From: Chiloscyllium plagiosum
Taxonomy: Eukaryota
Assembly (NCBI RefSeq): GCF_004010195.1
Contig: NC_057752.1
Coordinates: 9,806,862 to 9,870,861, forward strand
Reading direction: 5' to 3'
DNA length: 64,000 nt
This document shows, piece by piece, positions 1-12,099 of the stretch (within the stretch, counting starts at the first letter, position 1; the number at the start of each line of letters is the position of its first letter). The position numbers and the translations under genes are program-made. Under the pieces are notes generated by a model that ran no database searches, was not told where the DNA came from, and saw only the letters and a program-made list of their open reading frames with translations.

Positions 1-99
1 AGCTTCTGATTGGGTCAGTAGAGATGGTGATTACTTACTATTACTGCTTTAACTTAAATCTTATTTTGTGGTTCATAAGTTCTGTATTAATAAAGGGAA

Positions 100-2790
100 G
101 AAAGGTCCTAAAGTAACATTTTTGATTGGATTAAATTTTTTAAGAAACAGAAGTAGTCAGTCATTCTAGGAGAGCTCAGTCATGGTTTGCCCCTCTGGCT
201 CTATGGAAAGACAGCTACGTTTCCCGTGTCAGCATGTTTGCAGGAGCTATCTCAAACTGAACATTTAGAGAGAAAAGTAGTCACACTACAGGCAGAAAAA
301 GAATGGGTGACCACCAGGCATAGTAAGAGGATGAGACCAGTAGTTCAAGAATCCCTAATGCTTTGGAGACTGTTCAGGGAATGGGGTCTCTGAAAAGCCA
401 CAACAGCCAAATTTGTTGTACCATGGTTGCCATGCTGCACCGAGGGAGTTGAAAGTGCAAGTAGAATACTTGAGGGATTTAATAAAGTGTTTGTGTGGCT
501 GCAAGTGGAGCTCCAGGGTGGTATGCTCCCTCTAGTTTTGGTGTCAAGGATGCCTTAGAACAGTTACACGACCTGGAGGAGGAGGGTAACAAGCCAGTGC
601 TTGTGGTACACTTTACTACTGATGCCACAGGCTTTTCAAAGGTCCTAAATGGGAGCTAGGAAGTAAGTTTGAAAAATAGGACCTCAAAGATATTAACAAA
701 TACAAATCAGAAGACCACAAGCTTCAAATTTCTGGAACATTGGACTGGCTCTAGGGGGAGTGGACCAGTGTAATGAACCAGTTACACTGGGCAGGATCAG
801 TGTATATTCTGGGATGAACATTTGCTAGTATGGTTGGGACATTTAGTTTAAACTAGAATGACAAAGGGGATGGGAACCTAAGCAAGGGTGATGAGGGAGA
901 GAAATGAGGCTCGTAAATTGCAAAAGTAGATAGGTTAATTCAGGGCAATTTTTTTTTTTTTAAAAACACTGACCTGGAGTAGAAAGGCAAGCCTAAAAGC
1001 TTAGCTTTATGCACAAAGCATTCAATAAAGTACATGAACTGATGACACCAATAGTTTATGGCCAATGAAATTTATATCCATTTGAGGGGTTCAAGACCAA
1101 AGCTGGGAACATTGACATTCCACCTTTCAGAACGACAAGGTGGTGGGCCATCACTTGAGGACAGTTGCCAGACCAAGCTTTGACTTGGTCCATTTGAATG
1201 GAGACTTAGGTCTACTGTTTGATTATTATTAGATACCCAATGTAGGAAATAAAAGGTGCATCTAAAAACTACAAGTTATGGTGACTTTAATCATCTTTGG
1301 ATTAAAGTTCAAAAGAGTAGCTTCCAAGAGCAATGTCATCAAATCAACCAGACCAGTCATCTTTGACCTGGTAATGGTAATTAGACTTTTAAGGCAAAAC
1401 ATCACCTACAAAGTAGTGATCAAAACATGATAGAATGTAATGCTCAATAGAGAAACTTGGAGTGGAAACAATTGCAACTGATAAAGGGAATTACAATGAA
1501 ATGGGGATAGAGTTGGCTAAAGGGGACAGTTTTTTTTAAAACGAGAGACAGAAGCAAGCAGTGGTGAACCGAGAATTCATGACTCAGTAGAAATATCCCA
1601 GGATGGAGGGAGATTGAATGGGATAAACAAACCAAGGCTGGATAGTCAAGGACAGGATAAAGTTCTAGAAAAAAAAAATCAAGAGTCAGTGATAGCCTTG
1701 AAGACTAAGATAAATGCAGGATCCAAAGGATGGCTGAAGAGAAATAAACAATGGCAAATTAAAGACTATAACTGACAAGACTATATATAGTTAAGATGGC
1801 AAACTGTTCATTCACCCTTTAGAAAATGGATCAGGGAGATAATTTTTTGATTCTGGCAGTTTTCCAATCCACCAGCATTTTCAACATGACCTCCTACTCA
1901 AAAGGAGGCAGACAAAACGCATGTGACCTAACATCTATTGTTGCTATAAAATAGCAGCACACTAAGGGGGAAATCTATTCAAGCAGTTAGCATTTCTTTA
2001 AAAGAGAAACTGGTGTCTGACTTATTAGCAATCAAGTCCCAGAGTGGGCAGAAACTACAAGATGTTCCTATTTAGACTTTCAGAAGGTGTTAACAACATA
2101 CCTCTCAAAGGTTAAGTTCTAAGAGCCCATGGCGTTGGAGGTAGCATATTGGTGTGGATCGAGAATTGTCTGACAGACGGCAACTGGGATAAAGGATTCT
2201 TCCAGGTTAGTAACCTGGAGTGTAGACTGCAACTGTTCCATTTAATGTGATATGGAGGAAGCAAGCAAAATGCATGAGCCAAACTTCCAAACACAGGTGG
2301 AAAGGTGAAAGAGGGATACAGGTCACAAACAATGACCGGGTTAAGCAGGCAACTGGTATGAGGTATAGTGGAAAAAGGTGAAGCTGTTCTTGGAATGAAG
2401 AACAAAAAGGGACTTGAGCATGAAACATGCAGGCACAACAAGTCTGTCAGAAAGGCTAATGGAATGTTGATTCTTATTTCAAAGGGACTGGAATAAGAGT
2501 AGGGAAGTCTTAATGCAACTGTACAAATGTTGATAAGACCACACTTGGAGTGGAGGGGTCCCCTTGAGGAAAGATGTTTCATTGGAGGCACTCCATGGAA
2601 TATTCGTTAGGTTCATCCTCAATCTGGACAGATTGCCTTTGAGCAAAGATTAATAAGGTTGGGAGTCCACTCTGGAATTCTGAAAGGTGGTCCCATTGCA
2701 AGAGTATTCTTAAGGGCTAAATGTAAAGATCTTCCCATCAGTCTAGGAAGAGGGCGGAGTCTCAGGATAAGTGTCCATTTATGGTGAAAA
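100..2790 (+). mobile_element. Heavily decayed CR1-type LINE (ORF1 esterase-like and ORF2 EN/RT remnants)
   Basis: Fragments translate to CR1 ORF2-like motifs (GDFN near 1280, LDFQK near 2070, LIRPHLE near 2530); many frameshifts; boundaries approximate. Confidence 0.75.
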
Positions 2791-2799
2791 TATTGAGAG

Positions 2800-4200
2800 A
2801 CCTGTCTCATCCCACCTTCCATAAGATACTAAGGCTGAGACACTCTTCTCATGAGACTCTCTTTAACGGGATCCATAAATGCATATTGTCTCAATTCAGA
2901 AGGTATGATATGAACCAGGCATTAGGTTTTTTAAGACCGTCACTGCTAAGACAACAGCACTAAAACCCAGTCTTGCCAATCTGAAACTAGTTGATTAAAT
3001 TTCAATTGTAATTCTCTTTTATCCAAGCTTAAAGTTAGATGTATGGGCCACTGGATAGATCCAGCCTTATTTTCTGGCATCATTAAAGCCCCTTGTATAA
3101 AATAAGTTAGAGCTGGTGAATATTACACCAAGAATGCTAAAGGACTGGAACAGTTACTTTAACATTTGAAGAGCACATCTTTAGGGAGCCATGGATCTGG
3201 TGAGTATGGTTGATAAAAAACAGAAGCTTACTCAAAAGTTATCCAGAACCAGACAAAACCAGCACAGTGAACAAATTATGCTTAAACTTTGTTTAATTCT
3301 TTGAACTGAAGGCTTTACTATGGTCATAGATTGGAGCATGCCCCAATCAGGTCAGAGAAAAAAACCCAGTCATGGCTTAAATAGAAAAACTGGAGTCAAG
3401 AGCACTTGAGCAAGTTAGTTCGAGTATTCTACAAGAATTTGTAAGAATTATGGCATGTTGTCTGCAAACTGAAATGGCACTTATTGTGGGTGCAGTTATT
3501 AGACAATTAGTGCCTTGATACATTTAGTACAAGATTATATATTTCATAACGAGGCCACACTTCAATGGCCATGAACAGTAGGGGAATAAAGGGATCTGGG
3601 ACAAAGTACTTACAAGGTAACTGATTAAAGCCACTTAAAATCCAAGCACTTGGTCAATTTCTAGTGGAAATAATTGAAAGTAGAAATTGGTTTGACTCCA
3701 CATGGAATAAGACTATCAAGATAATAGACAGTGCCAAACTAGATTCAAAGACCAAGAGGATAATAACCATCAACCACAGTGAAGCCAGAACAGTCATGCA
3801 ACCTCTTGAGCTCGTGTGGATTAGTGGTCCAACCCCATCCAATTTCACTTGCAGCAAGTCAATTTGGGAATTATACAGTTCACTGCTTTTGTGCAAGAAA
3901 TTTGTTGGAATTTTTGCATGTTAAATTCCTAACATACCAGAAATATGTTCATGTGACAGAACACAAAATATTAGCCAAAAACTTAATGACTCTCATGTTG
4001 TCATCCATGTTCATTAGTTCATGCAGCACATATGGGAGCCAGGCTGGCTGTGATGTCACAGGTGGACAGTTTCTGGCCTGTTGTGTACGAGGTTTGCCAT
4101 GTTGCATATAATGTTGCTTGCAGTTTAGAGCAGCATACTATCATTTGGAAGACTCTTCAAATCAAGCCTTAAAGAATCACTGATCAAGATTGAGATGAAC
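2800..4200 (+). pseudogene. Possible decayed intronless copy of a FAST-kinase-domain (FASTKD1-like) gene
   Basis: Scattered peptides (HPTF..ETLFN, LELVNIT, KLESRALEQV, NWFDS, RNLLEFLHVKFL, DVTGG) resemble remembered FASTKD1 segments in roughly colinear order; stops and frameshifts throughout. Resemblance only, not searched. Confidence 0.35.
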
Positions 4201-4659
4201 TAGTTTAAATAAAAATTAAACATGTTGCCACTTATGGGGTAGTCCAAAATATTCTATGCACAGTACTCTATGTCAGGGTTGCATTTCCGAAAATCTTGCC
4301 TTTTAAACAAATTCCCTCATCTGTCAAAACTAGGATTAAATGTTTGTAGGGACTGAATTAAACATTCTTTGAACTTGAAGACAGGGCCACCTGTAACTTG
4401 TGGCCATATTCCTACATTTTTAAATAAAGCAACTTAATGTTTGTTTTACACTCTGGAGCTCATAAGTCTTCAGATCTGCTGCTCATCGGGTTCCAGGCTA
4501 GCTGCTGGGGCCTTCCTTTATCCTGCCTACACTGACTAGTGCCTAGCAGTGCCTTTTTAGGATGCTGATTTGCTGGCCATCACCACTCCGAGGACCACTT
4601 GGGCTACAGGAGGCTGCTTTTTCTCAGCCACCCCACCACTCTGTTAATGATTACCATAG

Positions 4660-4808
4660 CTGAAAATGTGTTGCTGGAAAAGTGCAGCAGGTCAGGCAGC
4701 ATCCAGGGAACAGGAGAACTGTTCCCTGGATGCTGCCTGACCTGCTGCGCTTTTCCAGCAACACATTTTCAGCTCTGATCTCCAGCATCTGCAGACCTCA
4801 CTTTCTCC
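4660..4808 (+). mobile_element. Palindromic non-autonomous Penelope-like terminal fragment with 16-bp TSD
   Basis: About 55-bp inverted arms around ggagaa, ending ...catctgcagacctcactttctcc; ttaatgattaccatag duplicated at 4644-4659 and 4809-4824. Confidence 0.75.
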
Positions 4809-5586
4809 TTAATGATTACCATAGTCTGACTGGTTGAGGTCTGGTGGGTTGAGTGTTCCCCAAAGATCTCAGGCAGAGCAAAGGGTCACAAGTCTTGACA
4901 CTCCCACCTTCAGACAAGTGAGGGAAAGGACACCAATCCGAAGGTATTGCAATAACTTAAAACAATCCAACTAATCAATGTTCCAATCTTTAGGTTAAGA
5001 CAAAATGCTGAAAGAGGAACTGTCAACTGCAGGCTTTCTATGGGACAAGAGGAGAAGAGAATGGTACACCAGTAGATCTAGGTGCAGTAAAAATATAGAG
5101 AAGCCTGATTTGAGCATGTGACCCACCATATTTTACCAGATGTGTTAAACAAAACTAGAAATCCTTCAGTCTCTTGGCGAGGGGAAAGAGATTTATACTT
5201 GAGTGCTTTAAAGCTCATGTACTAGTCAAATTGATTTAAAGTGTACAAAGTTTTGCACACTAGACAATGGGTTTAGAATCACAATAGAAGGTATTAAAAT
5301 CTCATCATCAAAACTTTGCTATATCATTGATGGAAAGCAATTTTAGAATCAGCACAAATACCATCTATCAGAATAGACAGCACACTAACTACAGATCTAA
5401 TGTCTCACTGTACTTACACCACAACCTAGTCCAGAACTAAATCCCAACAATTCAGATTTTGGGGACACTTACTTCCACTTAAAATGCCACTGCATATTTA
5501 GAATTGTGTAATACTACCTTTATTAGGGCAACATTTGAATAGGCTAGAATGATAGCCTAACACCATAGCATCAACCATAGCATCGT

Positions 5587-5908
5587 GGGCGGCACGGTGG
5601 CACAGTGGTTAGCACTGCTGCCTCACAGCGCCTGAGACCCGGGTTCAATTCCCGCCTCAGGCGACTGACTGTGTGGAGTTTGCACGTTCTCCCCGTGTCT
5701 GCGTGGGTTTCCTCCGGGTGCTCCGGTTTCCTCCCACAGTCCAAACGATGTGCAGGGTCAGGTGAATTGGCTATGCTAAATTGCCCGTAGTGTTAGGTAA
5801 GGGGTAAATGTAGGGGTATGGGTGGGTTTCGCTTCGGCGGGTCGGTGTGGACTTGTTGGGCCGAAGGGCCTGTTTCTACACTGTAATGTAATCTGTAATC
5901 TAATCTAA
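5587..5908 (+). mobile_element. HE1-type tRNA-derived SINE, near full length
   Basis: A-box tggcacagtgg, B-box ggttcaattccc, conserved core, (aatct)n tail. Confidence 0.9.
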
Positions 5909-5949
5909 ACCAACATAGTTACATCACACCTCAAGCAGCAACATATTTA

Positions 5950-6480
5950 AGAAATGCAGATGCTGGAAAAATTTTCCAAAGGTACTGCCGATTTAATGTT
6001 GTACCCAGTGACCCTCAGAGCTGGTCCTCACTTAGCACCCCACCAGCATGTACATCTGAAAATTACCAGCTGTTGCCACCCCCAGCCACATTCCCTTCCC
6101 TTGTCAGTCTTCCACAGGGACTGTTCCTCTGGGACACTGGGTCCATCCCCCTCCACTCCCTACACCTTCCCATGCAATCACAGGTCTAACAGCTGCCCAT
6201 TTATTTGCTAAGACCCCAGAATACCTTCCAGTTGAAGCAGTGATTTATCTGCACTATTCCATCTAGTCTACTATACTCACTGCTCAATAACTCCCTACAT
6301 TCAAGATGAAAAACAGACCAGGCAACCACTGAGGAACATAAAATGACCAAACTTCTGATTGCCTGCCACTTGTGTTCCCTGGTCAGCACCTGTCTTTTGG
6401 TTCTGCAAGCTGAAAGACTACCACTTAATTTTCCACTTGGAAACCCTGCAGCCTTCTAAGCAACTGCTGTTCTCTCTCTG
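5950..6480 (+). mobile_element. Decayed Neptune-type Penelope-like element fragment (GIY-YIG region)
   Basis: cagtgatttatctgcact...ctagtctactat... resembles the F-x-C-x-S-x-N-L-V-Y segment seen in the other PLE copies in this window. Confidence 0.55.
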
Positions 6481-8409
6481 GGTTCCATGTCTACCTAGTG
6501 TATTAACATACACCTTCCTGGCTACAGCAAGTTCTGAAAGAGGCTCACTTTTCATTTCACAAGCAGACACGAGTCCTCCAGAGCTAGCTAACTACTATAG
6601 ACAGTCACAATGCAGGAAATGCAGCAGCTAATTTGCGCACAGTAATATGTCAAGTTGAGATTTGTTTACTGGTTGACATTAGATGACTACTTTGAAATAC
6701 CACTTACATCCACTCTCCCAGTTTCCAAACATTATTCAAATACTTTAGTGCCAGGTGAGTGTGAAACAGTGGCTTCTACCTTATCATCCTCTTGAACAAA
6801 CAGAGCTTGACATTGATTACTGTAGGAAAGATTCGCACCCTACAATTCAAATACGTAGACCCATTCAGTCTTCAAATGTGGTAGTGTCAAAGACTTAAGT
6901 GGGGACACCTTTTTGGAAATTTGTAGCCAAGTTTGATTTCGTAGAATATATACCGGATACTATTCTTCTAGCAGTAAAAGTTGAGGCACTGATACTTTTG
7001 CCATCAAGAACACAGTATTTCACACGAAGCATGTTTAGGCTCTGCAAGGCAGGAAGGAAACAAGTTATTTTCAGGGAGGTCAAAATGCAAAACTTGGATT
7101 ACAGCAAGATTACCACCTTGGGTTTAAAGTTAACCTATAGCTGACCCACTTAAACTGTCAAGGTACGTACTACTCCTGTTCATAGGGCTGAGTCAAAGTT
7201 TTTCCATCTGAACAAGCTGTTTAATAAACTGAATCAGCTCAACTCTGGCCATATTGGAAAGTGCATATGATACAAAGAGCTGAAAATTAAAAGTAAATGG
7301 CCATGTTTGACAGCCAGCAACATGCACAGTAGCAGCAAAATAGACAATTTTAAAACCTAAAATCCACAAAGGAAACAAAATGGCTAGAGAAGTTTTAAAG
7401 TCTGCTTTGTGAATGTGTTTCTTAAAAATGCACAAGTGGTTGATGCAATTACACTGTCAAGATTAAAATACAAGTAAATCCATTAATCGAAGGCTGAAAC
7501 CTCCACTGTTCCGGCTTCAAACATCCAAACTACCATCTTTTTACATTAAAACTGGAGAAACGAATAGTTGACTCATGGATTTGATCAAGGGCTGTGCTGA
7601 GGCCTCAGTAACATATCTAATCCCAGAACCGAAATGGCAAACTGTTCACTACCACCATAACTTCCCAACTGAGACTGGTCATTATCAAAGACAATTGAAA
7701 AGGAACCCCCAAGAACTTAAGATTGCATTGATCCCCAAAAATGCTATTAATAAATGAGCCCGATAAAATATTGCCAGCAACTTCTTGGAACAAATTCCAG
7801 AACTTTCACATGCCATATGCCGTCATTTTATTCTCTTGCACATTAGTAAATAATACAGACATTTTACTAGAGGTGACACCAACATTCCAGGATACAATCT
7901 GATAGTTCACAAGTACGGAACAGAACTCTCCTTATGGCACTGCACCAATCAACCCACATTTCCAAAATTGAAATGGGCAAGGTGGTACAAACTTTCCAAC
8001 TGAAGTTTTCCATGTCAACTACAGGTAATACTCAGCCTGCTCCACAAGCCTCTCTTCCTTCTCTCATTATATGTCAGAAAGAAAAACAATTTGCAATCTA
8101 AGTCTGTTCACAAATCACATAGGCAATAACCTCCTCAGCATCTTTTGAACATATCAAATCTGTAGTCTTGATCTCACACTCCTTCCCAAGTCCAAAGCAT
8201 CACTATGTCCATTGTATATTATCAGCTTCCTTATCCTTGAGCTGACAAGACATTATCTTCAACACCCCATCTCTAATGCAAACTAAGCTAACCATCCATC
8301 CTCACTCATGCTGGGGTATAAGCTTAATCATTAGATTTCCCAGACTTCATGTTTGAGAGAGAAACCAGTGTAAACCATCTAGTCATTAACATTAAAGAAT
8401 TTTCTTTAA

Positions 8410-8720
8410 GGGCAGCACAGTGGCTCAGCAGTTAGCACTGCTGCCTCATAGCATCAGGGTCCCAGGTTTGATTCCAGCCTCAGACAACTGTGTGGTGTAT
8501 GCACATTCTCCCATGTCTCTGTGGGTTTCTTCCGGGTGCTCAGGTTTCCTCCCACAATCCAAAGATGTGGTCAGGTGAATTGACCATGCTAAAATTGCCC
8601 ATAGTGTTAGGTGCATTAGTCATAGGGAAACTGGTCTGGTTGGGTTACTCTTCAAAGGGTTGGTGTGGACTGGTTGGGCTGAAGGGCCTGTTTCCACACT
8701 AGGGCATCTAATTTATCTAG
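8410..8720 (+). mobile_element. HE1-type SINE
   Basis: Similar over its length to 5587-5908. Confidence 0.85.
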
Positions 8721-8769
8721 GCAAAAAGTAGCCTAGCTGGGATCAACCACACCTGCAACAAATACCTTG

Positions 8770-9420
8770 GACGAAGACCTTGGAGTGCATGTTCATAGTT
8801 TATTGAAAGTGGAGTCTCTGGTACATAGAATAGTGAAGGCAGCATTTAGTAGGCTTCCTTTTATTAGAGAGAGCATGGAGTCTAGGGTTTGGGAGGTCAT
8901 GTTATGGTTGTACAGGACATTGGTTAACAGAGTTTTGGAATATTGTGCACAAATCTAGTCTTCCTCTGATAGGAAGACTTGTGAAACTTAAAGATTTCTC
9001 AATATTTAAAATATTGAAGGCCATGAGCTCTAGGGAAAGGCTGAATAGGCTTGAGCTGTTTTCCCTGGAGGAGAGGCTGAGGGGTAACTTTAGAGGCTTA
9101 ATCATGGAGGGTGTGGATAGGGTATATAGACAAGGCCTTTCCCTGGATTGAGTGTCCAGAATTAGAGGGCAGGGCGGGAGGAGAGGAGTGGAGGAAGGGA
9201 CCTAAGGGGCAACTTTTTCTCAAAGGGTTCTGCATGTATGGAATGAGCTGTCAGGAGGAGGTTGGTACAGTTACAACATTTCATAAAGGCACCTGGATGG
9301 GTATATGAATAGGAAGGGTTTAGAGGGATATGGGCCAAGTGCTGGAAAATGGGACTGGATTAATTTAGGATCGGATTGGCATGGACCAAAGGATCTGCTT
9401 CCATGCTGTACACCTGACTA
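8770..9420 (+). mobile_element. CR1 LINE 3' fragment
   Basis: DLGVHVHSLLKV, LYRTLV..LEYC, ERLNRLELFSLEERLRG; CR1-type 3' UTR. Confidence 0.85.
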
Positions 9421-10669
9421 AATGGTAAGCCATTAAGGTTTCAATCTGCCCATCTTTTAAAAGGATACTCCATATTATTAAACAGTCCACATGTAAGAGC
9501 ACTTCTAAATTTTCCCCTTCAACTCTATTTTAATTTAGTCTCCTCACCCTCCACCTAACTCCCTCCCATACCTTTGGTTTGTATTGCCCTTAACAGGCTC
9601 TACCACTAAATTTACTCAACCGGAAACATAGGCTTACAGGTGGTGGTCCACATGAAAAACTGAGCATTTTTGGATTATAGAAGAGGAATATTTTTAGGGA
9701 ACATGGGGCATAGTGGTAATATCACTAGGCGATCAGCCCAAAACTCTAATGTTCAGGGACATTGATTCAAATCCCACATGGCAAAAAAGTTTTAATCTGG
9801 AGCAAAGGATTTTTTGCATCGAGTTTCACTTGCAGCACAATGAGAACCAAGAATTGCAACAACCTAGTTAAGTGGTCAAGGAAAAGATGTCTGACCAAGC
9901 TTCTTAGCTGAAAATGCTTTTCATAAAATTCCACATCAAAAGGCCATTTAAACTCAAAGATATGGCATTCATGGGAAAGAAACTAGATCAAAGGTAAACA
10001 GTGATGAACACTAGTGAATTTAAATCATGGGTTGGGGATACAGAGCTTGGTGCTATGACCATATCCACTTGCAGGCCAGATTAATGACTCAATCTTAGTG
10101 CAACGTGGTCAGATACAATTGCAAATAAAAAAGATATTTGAACTGCAGAAAAAAAGTAAGCAAACAAAATAGCTGTACACCTACAAGTACAAAGTGCTGA
10201 ATATACTCCATAATTGGTTAAATAGCAGAGAAAGCCAGAAGAGTTAGACTATGCTGAGCACGTAAAGCCAATGCAGAGCAGTAAATTACAGCAACTACAA
10301 TGCTGAATTTGTAGCTAAAACAATTGATTAAATGCAAGATGAAGCATAGATCTCAGACAACTGCAACATTTTGATTCTTCTATCCAAAACATTACAGTAT
10401 TGAAGCAGGAGGTTAACCTCTGTCATAATCACTTCCCCACGAAGTTACCAAATATTAGCTAGGAATGCACCTCTAAAATGACTAAGTTAAAGTCAACCAG
10501 CAGCATCCTAGGTCCTTGGCTTTGTGAAACAATTTCCATCATTCTTTTCCTAATCTGACCATCTGAAATAAAGCATAACTATGCAAGACCCACAGTGCTC
10601 AAAACATTATACCTTAAGTTCAACATTGAACAATTTGTTCTGTGATTGGTCAAATCATCATGTTTGACT

Positions 10670-10960
10670 ATTAATCAGGACACCCAAGTTCAAATCCCAC
10701 CATAACAGATGGTGTGAGTTGAATCCAGTGGAAGATCTGAAATTGAAGTTTGAATGATGTTAGTGAAACTGCTATCAATTGTCAGAAAAACCTATGATTC
10801 ACTCATGCTTTTCAGGAAAGAATTTTGCTGTCCTGACCTGGTCTGGCCTACATGCAACTCCAGACCCATAACAATGTGGGTGACTCAACTGCCTTCTGGA
10901 CAATTAGGAATATGTAATAAATACTCGCCTAGCCGGCAACCCTGCCACAATGAATAAAAA
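10670..10960 (+). mobile_element. Second tRNA-derived SINE family (other copies near 9707-9800, 31285-31545, 33890-34165)
   Basis: B-box gttcaaatccc plus a shared core (ggtctggcctacatg..ctccagaccca) that recurs in the window. Confidence 0.7.
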
Positions 10961-11743
10961 ACCAGATATCTTCCTATGGTCATGTCACTAGGCTGGCAAA
11001 CAGACTACAAAGCCAAAGAAACAAAATAAGCAGTACATCAAGCTGAAAGATATTACAACTGCACACATTCCTCTCCCCACTGTTGAAGAACCTTCCACAG
11101 CCCATACACGTTATGTCCGTGGGCTCATTTAGACCATCATTCACAATGCACCTTCTGCAAAGCCCAGAGAGGGACATACGACCAAGTATCCACTTACTGG
11201 GAAACAAGACATTTGAGTACTGATGCTGTGCAGACAAAAATTCAGGTAGCTTGTCTTAGCATCAGTAATTAGATTTAAGAAATATGAAAGACATCTCAAC
11301 CCACCAAAAAAAAAGCAGTGATCTTTGAGTTATGCAAAATTGTTTAATTTATTAAAAATAATTATTCCCAAGTTAAACCTAAAATGTTCTGCCAGATGTA
11401 TCATTTAATACTGAAAGTAATTTTACTAGAGATCAGAACAATCTTTTAATAATTCATTTTTTGAAGGAGTCAAATGATTGTGTATACATATCTCAATTTG
11501 ATTAGTTCCAAGTTTTATACCATCCGTAACCCATCACTGGTATTTTAGCCAAAGAGGAACTTGGTATACCATCCTTTTCACCCCCGAAAAAGTATCCGAA
11601 ACAGTCATTCAGACCCTTGATCAGGTCTGTGCCTGCTTTCATTAAGATTTCTGTTCTTCACAGAAGATCATGCTGAAGCTATGCCCATGTCCCCTCCCCA
11701 GAGTAACTAATCCTGGCTTCCTTGATCGTCCCTCGCAAATAAA

Positions 11744-11889
11744 AAGTAGGTAAAAACAATGACTGCAGATGCTGGAAACCAGATTCTGGATTAGTGGTGC
11801 TGGAAGAGCACAGCAGTTCAGGCAGCATCCAAGGAGCTCCTTGGATGCTGCCTAAACTGCTGTGCTCTTCCAGCACCACTAATCCAGAA
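11744..11889 (-). mobile_element. Palindromic Penelope-like terminal fragment with ~13-bp TSD
   Basis: Loop-less palindrome centred at 11836/11837 (ccaaggagctccttgg), arms about 53 bp; cctcgcaaataaa at 11731-11743 and 11890-11902. Confidence 0.75.
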
Positions 11890-12099
11890 CCTCGCAAATA
11901 AAGTATCTACTTCCCAATCAGCAACATTCCAGTTTAGCTTTTCTGTATCCTCAGCAAGGTCCGGATTATTCCCAATGTATATTTCAAATTGTGCCTCTAC
12001 TGACAGGGTGAATAATTTAAAAATTTGCTCCTCTTGCAATAAATAGAAAAAAATCAGACTGCTTGGTACCCTGGGTTACAAACATGCTCGCAGCAACAT

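Noticed and set aside
5587..5660. tRNA genes at SINE heads
   Set aside because: A/B boxes belong to HE1-type SINEs; no cloverleaf.
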